64,000 nt of DNA from a virus (Duplodnaviria > Caudoviricetes), in IMG/VR virus record IMGVR_UViG_3300043077_000173, positions 1 through 64,000 of that record; one strand, given 5' to 3'. Shown piece by piece: positions 46,828-57,904 of the stretch. The notes beneath the pieces were generated by a model. That model saw only the letters and a list, made by a program, of their open reading frames with translations, was not told where the DNA came from and did not search any database. How positions within the stretch are numbered: the stretch's first letter is position 1; every line of letters starts with the position of its first letter. The position numbers were made by a program, and so were the translations under genes.

Positions 46828-48138
46828 TTATGTTCTATTGTGTTGCTTAATTACGTCCCACATTCCTTTCACTTTTGGTGCAAGTTGTCTAAGTGTAGTA
46901 AATGTTGGCTCAATATTTAAAATTAAATCAATTATTGGATAATCACCACGACGTGAAAATGAAACTGCAGAACCTTGTGCTCCTAATATTTTAAATTCAA
47001 CATCATTAGTTACACTATAATACTCAGAAATTCTCGGATCTGTACGTACAATACCTGTTATCTTTGAATACTCTTTTTCATTCATTACATCCATCTTATA
47101 CCAGATGCTTAAAATATATGTTCTACATAATCTAGTCAATTTAACGAATTCATCTTTATTAACATCTTTTGGTATATCCTTCTCAGATGTTTTTTTATTT
47201 CGATAATATAAATAGGTGTTAATCATCTTAATAATTGGGGCTAATTTACCAGGTATTACTCTAAATTTCAATGTTTGTCTATATCTACTGATAATATTTC
47301 CTATCCTTTCATCGTCTATATTAAATGTCATAGGTGCAATTCTAAAACCATCAAGCATTAAACCTGCATATGATTTAAAAAGTTGGGTTTTATTAACTTT
47401 TTGTTTTAATTTTCCATCAATGATATCTTGATTGTGTTGCATAGTTTTATTTCGTAAAGTTTCTTCTTGGCTGTCGTTTGAACCATCAGTTTTCTGTTCA
47501 TCATTTGTTGAATCTTTTCTATCAATCGTTTGAATATCATTTTTTGGGTTTGTTAAAGCAACATTGCCATATATTCCTAATGCTCTTTGTACAGATTTTG
47601 AACATAATTCAACTAAACGTTTTGATAATTTTATAGATTTAGCTATATCAGTCATCAATTCTTTATCTTCTAAGCATTCTTTAATTGATGAATAACGTTC
47701 ACCTCTACCATCATCTGAATCGTCTAATCGATCCGTATTTTTTATCTTTTTATTATTGTTTTTAGCTTTTTGACCATCTTCAGAAGATTTTATTGGCTCA
47801 GCTGACTGAATCGTTTCTATTTTCTCAGCTGCTTGTTGTGAAGTTGGATTTATCATTCCTAATGGATCAGATAATCCAAGCTCTTTAGCAACAAATATTA
47901 ATACATCTTCATCCGATTTATTCCTTAATTGATCATAATTGCTGTCAAGTATATTCGACACACGATCCCAGTCGGGTACCGCTGTTTTTGTATATATATC
48001 TTTAAGGAGTGAAATAGTCTCAGAAGGATTCAGATACAAGTCTCTTTCAACCAATATTTCAGGATTATTAGCTTTAATAGATTCGTATAAAGCTTCTGTT
48101 ATAATAAATTCACCATTGTCTGTATATACTTTAATCAT
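46828..48138 (-). CDS. hypothetical late protein
   Basis: 436 aa; TAAATA at 48164-48169; IITE and ILVE motifs. Confidence 0.6.
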   Translation of the reverse strand: MIKVYTDNGEFIITEALYESIKANNPEILVERDLYLNPSETISLLKDIYTKTAVPDWDRVSNILDSNYDQLRNKSDEDVLIFVAKELGLSDPLGMINPTSQQAAEKIETIQSAEPIKSSEDGQKAKNNNKKIKNTDRLDDSDDGRGERYSSIKECLEDKELMTDIAKSIKLSKRLVELCSKSVQRALGIYGNVALTNPKNDIQTIDRKDSTNDEQKTDGSNDSQEETLRNKTMQHNQDIIDGKLKQKVNKTQLFKSYAGLMLDGFRIAPMTFNIDDERIGNIISRYRQTLKFRVIPGKLAPIIKMINTYLYYRNKKTSEKDIPKDVNKDEFVKLTRLCRTYILSIWYKMDVMNEKEYSKITGIVRTDPRISEYYSVTNDVEFKILGAQGSAVSFSRRGDYPIIDLILNIEPTFTTLRQLAPKVKGMWDVIKQHNRT

Positions 48139-48195
48139 TATGTCACCTTAAATAATCTATGAGTATTTATGAGTAAATGGTTTATCAATTATTCA

Positions 48196-48420
48196 TCAAG
48201 CTTTCATTGATTCATTCTTTTCTTCAATAAATTTATTATAAAGCTTTTTAAAAGATTCACGAACATTATATGGCAGACTATAAACCTCTGTTAAAGAGAC
48301 TTTTCCATCAGTCTTTATGCTCAAATCTATTAAAGACTCTTCAAATGTTTTGGCTCTTTTATATAAGCTTTGAATATATTTGCTTATATCTTCATCAGAA
48401 GATTTTAAGAGCCTACTCCG
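48196..48420 (-). CDS. start-less gp51-like ORF, probably read by -1 frameshift from the gp26-like gene
   Basis: 74 open codons (RSRLLKSSDEDI...SLTEVYSLPYNVRESFKKLYNKFIEEKNESMKA) in the -1 frame right after T TTT TTC. Confidence 0.7.
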   Translation of the reverse strand, partial: RSRLLKSSDEDISKYIQSLYKRAKTFEESLIDLSIKTDGKVSLTEVYSLPYNVRESFKKLYNKFIEEKNESMKA

Positions 48421-49337
48421 AAAAAATCTGATTGGTTAAAACCACTTATTGCAATATCAAATTCGTGTCCACAGGCTTCACAAGTACATTTTACGGTAGC
48501 TGGTAAACCAATATCATTTATTTTACGAATTGTTTTATCAATTTCAGATACATACGTTGATTGAATATTCGATATAAATTCTAATATATGTTCTTTATTA
48601 TTAATCGTTGTTTCATCAGGCATTTTAATGTAGCTTATGCTATCTGTAATGATATTATTACCAATTTCATTCATTTTTAAATAGCACGAATTCATTGAAT
48701 CAACAGCGTTCTTTCTTTCTTCGTCAGTTGTTGTATCGTCATAGTTGAAATCTTTTAGCATATTAATCAATTTCTGCTGATTAAAAATGAGATTAGAATA
48801 TCTTTCTTTTGTGATCAAATATGTTGGATGAACATATACCGTTAAACCATTGTTCAGTTCAACCTTATATTCACTATCAAGATAAGTTGTTTGATCCATA
48901 ATAGAAGAAATGCTATAAGAGGCTTCTTGCTTTCGTGGCATTAGTTTACCTTTTTTTTCTTCAGCTGCAATCTTTTCTTCATCTCTCAATTCCATCAACC
49001 TGTTCTCACACTGTGGGCACATTACCTCAAGAGTAAGTTCATCACCATATGTCGCTTTTTGAATCGCTAAAAATAAAACATTAGCATCTGGATATAGCAA
49101 TTTAGACGGATCTTTAATTCCTGGAACACACGATTTAATCATCTGAATATTCGCTTGTCCTGATAATAGTGCATCAGGATTCATTAGTAAAAGCTCATCT
49201 TTTGGAAGCATTGGGTATACTTCTACTTCACCGTTCGGGGTATATTCAATATCACCTTCTTCATACCAGTTCCCATTAGATGGTAGACGAACACTTAATT
49301 CTGCTTTTCTCGCAAATTCCATTAAAGGATTAGCCAT
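48405..49337 (-). CDS. baseplate hub assembly protein (T4 gp26-like)
   Basis: LPSNG, VYPM..KDE....PDAL..G, I.SCVP, D...L.AI..ATYG, two CxxC pairs, C-terminal FF. Confidence 0.8.
   Translation of the reverse strand: MANPLMEFARKAELSVRLPSNGNWYEEGDIEYTPNGEVEVYPMLPKDELLLMNPDALLSGQANIQMIKSCVPGIKDPSKLLYPDANVLFLAIQKATYGDELTLEVMCPQCENRLMELRDEEKIAAEEKKGKLMPRKQEASYSISSIMDQTTYLDSEYKVELNNGLTVYVHPTYLITKERYSNLIFNQQKLINMLKDFNYDDTTTDEERKNAVDSMNSCYLKMNEIGNNIITDSISYIKMPDETTINNKEHILEFISNIQSTYVSEIDKTIRKINDIGLPATVKCTCEACGHEFDIAISGFNQSDFFGVGS
48420..48426 (-). promoter_or_regulatory. -1 ribosomal slippery heptamer T TTT TTC
   Basis: In-frame GAT TTT TTC four sense codons before the stop; fits X XXY YYZ. Confidence 0.7.
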
Positions 49338-49375
49338 ATTATCTCCTTACAATTCTCTATTTTTCGAGTATTTTA

Positions 49376-52300
49376 CTATACGTTTTCAAAATATTCAATA
49401 ATTTTTTCGATAACAATTCTCGCTTCTTGTTCAATATATTCGTATTTTGTCATACCGTCTATGAAAATACTTTTATCAGCAATCATTTCTTCATCGTCTA
49501 TATATGAATACATCCTATCATTGAGTTTAATAGCACCATCTTCCAAACCAACTTCGCTAAAAATTGGAACGCCAGCTTCTGTACCCATATATTGATGTAA
49601 GCTCCATTTGCCATAATTGTCATAGTATTTAATATAAGAATCTAATACCATATCATGTGTAAGAACATACTCTTTCATCTCCGCTTCAGAGTCAAACGTA
49701 TATTCCGGCTGGATCAATTTAGTTTCATCATCTTTGTAAAGGTCTGAATACGTCCAATAATTTTGTACGTTGTATGTCTGATACTGTTTAAGCTCAAAAT
49801 TACCAAATGATGTAATCGTCCACAGCGTCCAAATATTATCATATTCTTCATCAGATTCTACTAAAACAGTTTTTCCAACCAATTCATTATCCCTTGATTG
49901 AGCCATATCTCTATGAGTAGCAAAAGCATAGTCATATTCAGGTATTTCTTCGCTGTCTAAGAAGGTCGCTTCAAATTCATTAGTACCAACGTCAATAGAA
50001 GTTGTGATATCCCTTGTAGAGAAAATATTATTACAAATATCAACAAAGTTTCTTCTAGCTAATGCCAAATCTTTGAACATGGTTTGGCGTGGTCTTATTT
50101 GTAAGCCTAATTGATTCCTCTCGTCTATTGTTGGATCTGGAACGGCTTGTCCTAATGAGTCAACACCGAGCAAGCTATCCTGCATTTTGCTCCACAAGAC
50201 GTCTGGAATTTCATCGTCATCACCTTCTCTGACCAATAGCCATTCAGTATGGTTGTTAAGATCTTGCTGTTTCTTAAAGTTTAGCTGAATAACAAAATCA
50301 CTACCAGTCGTTACTTGATCAAAATTGCATAGAATGAACGTATTCACTTTATCAACGTTGTCTGAAATATCAATTGGAGCAAACCATGTAACACCCAATG
50401 ATGTTGGATCATTGATAATTGAAGAAATCTCAAAAGCGGCTGTTGATCTAAAGTCTACATCAGGAATTTCTGTCGGATTCTTTGTCCAATAATAGTAATA
50501 GTCTTCATATGAAGCTGTACTTGAATTCCAAACCTCTTTATGAACATACTTGGTTACATCTGACGGCAACGTTGGAGATTTTACCCATTCCATGATAGCA
50601 ATTTCAGATCCAGGAAGTTGTTTACCCCAGTTATCTCGTTTGTAGTTGATATCCCCTTGATGATAATCCAAATATCTTACTTTTGATGTATCCCACCATA
50701 GATAACCAATCCTCGAATCACCCCATTTGTAATAATCATTATAATCATCTACAGGATCATATGAAGTAATATAGTTGACCTCGTCTAATACATCGTTTGG
50801 AACAACGTTTAATAAAGGATCATATGGATATATTTCGGTCAATGATTCATTTGTATCATCATTTACGATAAAACTATGAGCTAAAGTTTTTGCATCAATG
50901 ATTGCGGTCTGGACTCTATATAAATCGTATACACCATCATTGTATTGCAATATACACCAAGCATTTTTATCAACGATTGACTGTGAATCGTCGGCTAAAT
51001 GCTTTGAATCAGATATTTCAGATAAATGATTTAATAAAACGTCTTTAACAACAACGATTATATCACCATTCGATAAAACGTCTTTGTCAAAACTTTCCAA
51101 TGATTTAAAATCGTCTACTTTCAACGATATATAATCATCTTCACCAAGTTTTTTGTAAACGTTCCAGTCATATTCGTTAGATCGTACTACCCAAATCGTT
51201 TCACCAACAGCCATATAATCCTTATACTCTTCAAAAGAATCTACATCAGCAACTGTATAGTCTACATCGTTTACCTGCAAAAATCCACCTAAAGGATTCA
51301 TAACAGTTCCGCCAGTTTCAAACTTATTGAAATCCTTTCCTTCAATTTTTCTTAACCAACGATTATTAGACCAGTCTATATCAATGATTGATTCATTAGT
51401 ATTTGTTGAAACGCCTGTATTAAACGATATGATTTGAGGATTTTGAGTAACCTTATTAGCTGGAATATTCAACTCAATCATTGAGCTATTTTTTGTATAG
51501 CCAAAATCAGCTATTTTAAAAGCCCAGTTATCATACAAATCAATTTTTGAATCGTTTGAACTCATAACGTATGATGAACGGTTTAACTTACCGAATGAAC
51601 GTTTTGTTCCTTTCTCTTTTAATAACCCTTTATAGAAATCAAAGAGGTTTCTATCGGTTAATAGCAAGTTTTCCATTGTTGTGGTTTTCTGATAGCCAAT
51701 AGTCTTTTTAGCCATTTCACGAAAATCACCATATGAATGAATGTCATCCGTATCATAGATGTAGTTGAAATCATCAGCTAGCTTATCAAAGTTTGCTACA
51801 GCTCCATCTTTTTGTACCAAATATCCTGGAGCTAATAATGTTCCATCCCAACCATTTGCTCCAATAGCATTTATCTTAAAGCGTTGTGTCTTAATGCATA
51901 GTAATGGATCGTATAAAACTTCTCCATAAATGGTTTCATTATCAAATAGTATACAATGCTCATATTCAATAGTGTTTACTCTTAAAGCAGCCATAATAGA
52001 CGTTTTTGTTGAAATATCCGTATAGCCACTATGTCTATAAACCTGTAAATCATTGTTATAAATCGGTTTACCAGCTGTTCCTAATACTGTCCAAACACCA
52101 TTCAACTGTTTTCCAACAATATCAAGCATTCCAGAATGTTTTATTCTTACTTCAGAGGCAAATGGGTTCAATATAATGATAGAATCAACTGAAGGCGAAA
52201 CACTTGTCCACTTCAAAAAGTCTTCTGCTTTCATTCTAAAGTCAATAACTACACCATCATTGTTCATCGTGATGTAATCCCAACCTTCATCCTCAAGATA

Positions 52301-55300
52301 TTCTCCATAACCGCAAATTATTTCAAATAATTCTTGAACAGATGTGTAAACAGTCTTGTAGTTAACCCTTTTAGTATCATCTAACCAAACGTTATAATAG
52401 GTAACGTTTTTCCCATTGATTTCAACAGGGGTTTTCTTTTTGTTTTTATTCGGTAATTTAACGGTAAAATATGGCTCAGTAGAATTATAGCCATCAATCA
52501 CATACCCCTTTTCAACCTTTCTGATCATTATCGCAGAATATGATAAAATCTTTGAGGTCTTAGATTTGTACATATTGATAGAATAATTGTTATCAGGTAT
52601 TATACCATAATTATCTGATTTAACTACCAGTGATCCTTTTTTATAGTATCCACCACACCGATAGAATAAACGGATATCAATACTTCTGAAAGGATCTCCT
52701 AAATTCTCTGTAATGCCAAGATTTTGTCTTACCAAATAATCGGAAATCCATTGCTGTACACCTGTTTTTTGAATATACTCATCATCAATAAGCTCATTGT
52801 GAAAGTATTCTTCATCATTCGTCGATCTTTCATAAGTATCTGAGTGAATTAGCTGTTCATAATCCGTTCCTTTGAATAGATATTCTTTTCCTAATGTTTC
52901 CCAATTCTCCTCAATCCATTCCACTGGCTTCATAAGATACAGAATCGTCTGAATTGCATAGCGATATTCAGATGTGAACATCCAAGCAAGCTCCACATTA
53001 CCCATATCACCGCTTTCCCAATCTTTAGAAGCATAGAATGCAATCGGAGCTTTTTCAACAATACCAATCTGATAAGGTGTTTTCAAATTACCTTGCTCAT
53101 CAACTGGTAAGAACCTTTCAACAAGACCAGCTCTCTTAAATTCTTCATGAGTACCAACGTTTACACCGTCAGCAATGTATCCATTCTCAAGATCTCTCCA
53201 CATAGGAATGTTGTTTGACGTATATGGGGCTTTACCATAGTGAGATTCCCACCAAGATGGCTTCTGTCCAAAGCCTAACATCTCCCACGGATGTGTATGT
53301 GGTCTGTATGTGTCATAATAGTACATATAAACCGACTTATATGAACCATATAATTGTTGTCCGTCAACGTCTTCACAAGTAGAATAGTTATAGGTTAATG
53401 GATCACTTACAGAAAAGTTTGTATTAGAAGCATATGAATAACCATTATCAGCACACCATTGTTCAAAGAATGCTTTAATATGGTTTCTGTATTCTTCATA
53501 AGAGTAATCTGTTGTTCTAAACTTTCCAGGAATAATGGTGTATTTGTTAAAATCTGGAACTTCTTTAAAAGTTGCTGGAATCGAGTTATAAATCTGCCGT
53601 TCCATTTCAAGCAATGCACTATCACGATAATCCCCAAACAAAATCTGATAAGATCCATCGTGACATAGTAAAACTGTCGCCTTTCCATCTTCATCATCAA
53701 CAGTTGTTATCTTAGGCTCGTAGCAAAGATCAAGACCAAGATATGCAGGAGTAGCAGGAATATAACATTCACCAAGTGTTGAGCATACACCATTGTTATA
53801 AAATGGTGATATTCCTTCTTTACCAATATTCATTTTTGATAAAGCAGTTGTAATAACAGTGTATAAGTCCGTACTTTCCGTATATTCATTAGTCTTTGAC
53901 ATAGACTCAATAACATTTCTGAACTTGGCTTTAAACTTAACATATTCAGAAGATACATAAGAAATAGCATTTCGAACGCTTGTTTCATCTTTAGCGTTTA
54001 AAAGCATTGCTTTAAGTATTTGATGAGAATGTTGGATAATATTAGTACCTAATGAAATATCCTGTTTAGTATCAATGTAGTTGTTATTTCCAGAACTATT
54101 TCCAGTAAATCCTTTTTGATTACTTATAACAGACGTTAATTGATCAAAGCATTCATTATATTTGATTTCGGTAATATTTTTATTTAAAGGATTTGCTGTC
54201 AATGCTAATGGAAGATCATAAAAATATCCATCTGCAAGTGTTCCTTCAATCTTGTTTTTCAATAGTTTAACATATATGTAGTCTTCAATATCCAATGAAC
54301 TATCATCGTCAAAGATTTTCAACACTTTACCATCAATGACATAATCATTTCCATCATTTAACAATGATCCGTTCAAGTATACCAATGATGATTGACAATA
54401 TTCCGATTCATCAGGTTCATAAGCTAGATCAAGCTCAATATACTGCCGTTCAACATCATCAATCTCACCTTTTACATAATCAATACTGTCAAGCTTTATC
54501 TCTGTCGTAATATAGGTATCATTAATGTTTGACGATAAATGCCAATCACTTAAATAATCACCACTACCGTTTATTCTAACAAATTTATAGCCTTTAATCG
54601 TTTCGGTTTCATTATAATTCAAGTATGTATAATCAACAGTGTTTAAAAGGTTTTCAAAAATATAGTTTCCATAACCACTTACTAATAATCTTTTATCTAA
54701 GTCTTCATCAATTGTTGCTGTTTCATCATCAGTTGTTTTGTAATCAAATAATTTACTACCTTTAAACGATGATTGTGAATAATAAAGCTTGTTGTCTAAT
54801 GCAATACCGTCTTTATCAAATAATTTAAACAAGGGGGATTGGTTTACATCAGTTTTTTGCTGTCCTTCTACCCAATTTGTTCCGTCAAAATAAAAATAAG
54901 TATTTGCATAATCGCCACTTATAACGTTTACACCTTCGCCTTCAACAGCAATACCCTGTGGGGATAAACCATTTACAACAGGCTGTAACATAATCGTTTT
55001 AATAGTGTTTTTACCAGATACTTCATAAATTTTGTTATCGTTTAACTCATTAGTATCCCCTGAAATAAGAATTCTATCACCATCTTCTAATTCTCTAACA
55101 CCTTGAAATAATGAATTAAATGATTTACCGTGAATATCACTCTTTTTGCCATTGTAATAAAAGTTTACATAACCACGATCAGATGTACCATGATTATATA
55201 ACTCCATATCTTTCTTAAAGCATAAAATAGGCTTTTTAGCTTGAGTGACGTTAATACTGCTATCACCATTAGCTATAATTGAACGATGGAACCAACGGTT

Positions 55301-56014
55301 TCTTTTAGACCATTTGTTTCCATCTATACACCCACGTTCCATCACATAATAGTCTGGAATCGTATTAGTGTCAGAGGCTTCACTATCATCAATTAAAATG
55401 ATTGAAGAACCTACTCCTTCAACGATATACACAATGTTGTTATATTCTTCATTCACATCATTTAACAACATTATTCTCATACCACTTGACAAAACCGTTT
55501 CAGATTCTTCATCAACGTACGTATAAGACGATTTACCAATTATATCGTTTTTAACATCGGTTTGAGCAGAGAATTTACAAACGGTTGGACCTTCCTCCAC
55601 CCAATAATAATAGTTATAGTTGACAAACATATCAACGTTTATTAAAGGACACCATGACCAATATTTTCCACCAATAATTCTCGCTAAATCATTTGTATCA
55701 ACACCCTGTAACTTTAAATCATTTATGAAATTGCTATAGTCAACAATGGTATCAACATTATTATCTTCATCCGTTGTAATTAAAGCAGGCGTTAATTGAT
55801 AATTCTGTCTTTCATCAGTAGATTCTTCAACATAATAGTCCCCATCTTCCATCGCAACAGACTTTTTACCAATATAGCCATTAATCTCTTTCTCACTAGC
55901 TTGTTGAAAGAAATGATTCATGATATAATCAATAAATTGTCCGATTAAAGCTCTACTTGTAAATTCTTTAGGGAAAATCTCTTTTAAATCTCTTTTAACT
56001 ACATACTTTACCAT
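49376..56014 (-). CDS. large baseplate wedge-like structural protein
   Basis: 2212 aa; NYYWV..GP, PHTHPWEMLGF, LLKEKGT, WG....G.LWWD, LQIRPRQTMF motifs; late-type box at 56046-56051. Confidence 0.7.
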   Translation of the reverse strand: MVKYVVKRDLKEIFPKEFTSRALIGQFIDYIMNHFFQQASEKEINGYIGKKSVAMEDGDYYVEESTDERQNYQLTPALITTDEDNNVDTIVDYSNFINDLKLQGVDTNDLARIIGGKYWSWCPLINVDMFVNYNYYYWVEEGPTVCKFSAQTDVKNDIIGKSSYTYVDEESETVLSSGMRIMLLNDVNEEYNNIVYIVEGVGSSIILIDDSEASDTNTIPDYYVMERGCIDGNKWSKRNRWFHRSIIANGDSSINVTQAKKPILCFKKDMELYNHGTSDRGYVNFYYNGKKSDIHGKSFNSLFQGVRELEDGDRILISGDTNELNDNKIYEVSGKNTIKTIMLQPVVNGLSPQGIAVEGEGVNVISGDYANTYFYFDGTNWVEGQQKTDVNQSPLFKLFDKDGIALDNKLYYSQSSFKGSKLFDYKTTDDETATIDEDLDKRLLVSGYGNYIFENLLNTVDYTYLNYNETETIKGYKFVRINGSGDYLSDWHLSSNINDTYITTEIKLDSIDYVKGEIDDVERQYIELDLAYEPDESEYCQSSLVYLNGSLLNDGNDYVIDGKVLKIFDDDSSLDIEDYIYVKLLKNKIEGTLADGYFYDLPLALTANPLNKNITEIKYNECFDQLTSVISNQKGFTGNSSGNNNYIDTKQDISLGTNIIQHSHQILKAMLLNAKDETSVRNAISYVSSEYVKFKAKFRNVIESMSKTNEYTESTDLYTVITTALSKMNIGKEGISPFYNNGVCSTLGECYIPATPAYLGLDLCYEPKITTVDDEDGKATVLLCHDGSYQILFGDYRDSALLEMERQIYNSIPATFKEVPDFNKYTIIPGKFRTTDYSYEEYRNHIKAFFEQWCADNGYSYASNTNFSVSDPLTYNYSTCEDVDGQQLYGSYKSVYMYYYDTYRPHTHPWEMLGFGQKPSWWESHYGKAPYTSNNIPMWRDLENGYIADGVNVGTHEEFKRAGLVERFLPVDEQGNLKTPYQIGIVEKAPIAFYASKDWESGDMGNVELAWMFTSEYRYAIQTILYLMKPVEWIEENWETLGKEYLFKGTDYEQLIHSDTYERSTNDEEYFHNELIDDEYIQKTGVQQWISDYLVRQNLGITENLGDPFRSIDIRLFYRCGGYYKKGSLVVKSDNYGIIPDNNYSINMYKSKTSKILSYSAIMIRKVEKGYVIDGYNSTEPYFTVKLPNKNKKKTPVEINGKNVTYYNVWLDDTKRVNYKTVYTSVQELFEIICGYGEYLEDEGWDYITMNNDGVVIDFRMKAEDFLKWTSVSPSVDSIIILNPFASEVRIKHSGMLDIVGKQLNGVWTVLGTAGKPIYNNDLQVYRHSGYTDISTKTSIMAALRVNTIEYEHCILFDNETIYGEVLYDPLLCIKTQRFKINAIGANGWDGTLLAPGYLVQKDGAVANFDKLADDFNYIYDTDDIHSYGDFREMAKKTIGYQKTTTMENLLLTDRNLFDFYKGLLKEKGTKRSFGKLNRSSYVMSSNDSKIDLYDNWAFKIADFGYTKNSSMIELNIPANKVTQNPQIISFNTGVSTNTNESIIDIDWSNNRWLRKIEGKDFNKFETGGTVMNPLGGFLQVNDVDYTVADVDSFEEYKDYMAVGETIWVVRSNEYDWNVYKKLGEDDYISLKVDDFKSLESFDKDVLSNGDIIVVVKDVLLNHLSEISDSKHLADDSQSIVDKNAWCILQYNDGVYDLYRVQTAIIDAKTLAHSFIVNDDTNESLTEIYPYDPLLNVVPNDVLDEVNYITSYDPVDDYNDYYKWGDSRIGYLWWDTSKVRYLDYHQGDINYKRDNWGKQLPGSEIAIMEWVKSPTLPSDVTKYVHKEVWNSSTASYEDYYYYWTKNPTEIPDVDFRSTAAFEISSIINDPTSLGVTWFAPIDISDNVDKVNTFILCNFDQVTTGSDFVIQLNFKKQQDLNNHTEWLLVREGDDDEIPDVLWSKMQDSLLGVDSLGQAVPDPTIDERNQLGLQIRPRQTMFKDLALARRNFVDICNNIFSTRDITTSIDVGTNEFEATFLDSEEIPEYDYAFATHRDMAQSRDNELVGKTVLVESDEEYDNIWTLWTITSFGNFELKQYQTYNVQNYWTYSDLYKDDETKLIQPEYTFDSEAEMKEYVLTHDMVLDSYIKYYDNYGKWSLHQYMGTEAGVPIFSEVGLEDGAIKLNDRMYSYIDDEEMIADKSIFIDGMTKYEYIEQEARIVIEKIIEYFENV

Positions 56015-56152
56015 TGATGTTGGTTCCTTAAAACATTACTGTGAGTATTTATTAGAAGATTTTTAGAGATTTTATGTAGAAGATATCCAATAAATATTGT
56101 TAGAGTTAGATGATAATAAATAATCATATAAGTTAAAATATTGGAGATAAAA

Positions 56153-56755
56153 ATGGATTATGTAAACACTTTATCAAAGTTTGGCGTAAAGCTTGCTGAT
56201 AGAAATCAACGAGTAAAGTTTCCCAAATTAAAAACTCGTTATAAAGTATTGTTTGAAGGCTTTGCTGCACCACTTGGCGGTGATAACATCTCTATGGATA
56301 TGAAAACATACAGCGTTCCTAAAGGGGAATTCGAAGACAAGACAATTGAAATGGTAAATGGTGATATCCATTATCCTGGAAAATGGACTTGGGCTGCTTG
56401 TGATTTCACAGTCTATGATTCTTATGACAATGCCAACTACAAAGAATTATATCGTCAAATTCAGTTACAACGTGATTTATCAGAACAAGTTACTGGTACA
56501 GTTGCTCAAAACTACAAATATGTCAGTAAATTCTGTAACACCGACGGTCACCAAAATGTTATCTGCACTTGGGTAATGGAGGGTTGTTGGTTACAAAAAG
56601 CTCAACCTGAAGATGGTGCTAACGGCGATCACGAAGCTCAAGTAATCAATTGCACGCAAGTCTTTGATAATTGTTGTCTTTATGATTGTGACGGTACGCT
56701 TATTACTGGTGATGGAGCAATTTCAACTATGATGGAAAAAGTTTTGGCTTTCTAA
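56153..56755 (+). CDS. tail tube protein (T4 gp19-like)
   Basis: PKLKTRYKVLF, YPGKWTW, W..EGCWL, FDN; GGAG RBS before ATG 56153. Confidence 0.8.
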   Translation: MDYVNTLSKFGVKLADRNQRVKFPKLKTRYKVLFEGFAAPLGGDNISMDMKTYSVPKGEFEDKTIEMVNGDIHYPGKWTWAACDFTVYDSYDNANYKELYRQIQLQRDLSEQVTGTVAQNYKYVSKFCNTDGHQNVICTWVMEGCWLQKAQPEDGANGDHEAQVINCTQVFDNCCLYDCDGTLITGDGAISTMMEKVLAF

Positions 56756-56776
56756 TTCGTTTATCTCAAAAATCAA

Positions 56777-56802
56777 AAAAGAGCCTCATTAGAGGCTCTT
56801 TT
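56777..56802. terminator. bidirectional terminator
   Basis: AAAAGAGCCTC-ATTA-GAGGCTCTTTT between convergent genes. Confidence 0.85.
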
Positions 56803-56803
56803 A

Positions 56804-57814
56804 TTATTGTTTATCAAACCATTCTTTAAACTCTTTTTCAGAAAAGAATTCCAAATAATTCAAATTGTTATCTTTAGCTGTTTTTCGCTTTAAAGGATCT
56901 CTAATTGACCAATTATTCGCAGCTCGTAAATATTGTGTTTTAGGTTTTCCATTTATTCCTAATTCCTTAGATTTGTTATACCAATCGCTAATTACTTGCT
57001 GATGTTCTTGATTATTTTCATTAAATGGACAATGATATTTTAACGGTCCATGATACCAATTTCCTTGATATTCAATGAATAAATCTTTAGATGGTATATA
57101 AAAATCACAATTAAATGGATAACGTACATTATCACGATATTGATGTATAGTATCTGAAAATTTTGTTAATAGCATTTTATATATCCTAAGTTCTTGCTGT
57201 GAAGAATTCATAGTTTGATGTTGACGTTTAGTAACATACTCATTATAAACTCTATGGGTATTAACATCTCTTGTTTTCATATATTGTCTCATTTCTGTAC
57301 TTTGAGAATAGTTTTCCACCCCATATTTCCTTTTACATGTTTCTTTAGATTTTTCTTTAACAGATTCTAATTGAAAACTATTATTGACTCCATACTTATT
57401 AACCATTATTTGCTCATATTCATCTTTCCACCCCATTTTCTTAGCATATCGTGTAGCTCCATATTTTTTAAGACACGTTTGGGTAGTTTTATTATTATAT
57501 TCTTTTGTTTTTGTATAAGAAGTTTCTCCATATTTTTCAAGGCACGTTTGTTTTCTGTTTTTAACAATACTACTTTTATCTTTCTTAATATTAAATAGCT
57601 TTAAATCATTTATTATAACTTTATTACTTAGATTAAATATTTTAGATAAAACAGATTGATTGAGATTTAATTCAATATATAAGTATAAAATATCCTCTTT
57701 AAATGGTTTTTCATATATTCCATTAATCTTTTTCAAAGGATTTGTTAAATAGTCTCTCTTTAATTTTGACTTATCAATGTTATAGGTGCTATAAATATCA
57801 GTAGATTCATTCAT
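56804..57814 (-). CDS. free-standing homing-endonuclease-like protein
   Basis: Paralogue of 29686: KRDY..NPL..EKPFKEDILYLYI, KYG repeats, YPFNCDFYIP...IEYQGNWYHG, RDPLKR. Confidence 0.75.
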   Translation of the reverse strand: MNESTDIYSTYNIDKSKLKRDYLTNPLKKINGIYEKPFKEDILYLYIELNLNQSVLSKIFNLSNKVIINDLKLFNIKKDKSSIVKNRKQTCLEKYGETSYTKTKEYNNKTTQTCLKKYGATRYAKKMGWKDEYEQIMVNKYGVNNSFQLESVKEKSKETCKRKYGVENYSQSTEMRQYMKTRDVNTHRVYNEYVTKRQHQTMNSSQQELRIYKMLLTKFSDTIHQYRDNVRYPFNCDFYIPSKDLFIEYQGNWYHGPLKYHCPFNENNQEHQQVISDWYNKSKELGINGKPKTQYLRAANNWSIRDPLKRKTAKDNNLNYLEFFSEKEFKEWFDKQ

Positions 57815-57904
57815 AATTCTTCCTTATGTTTGAGTTTAGAAAGGTGTGAAAATTACAGTTTTCATGCCTTTTGTTATATCATCATTTGTAAATGATTTCA
57901 ATTA

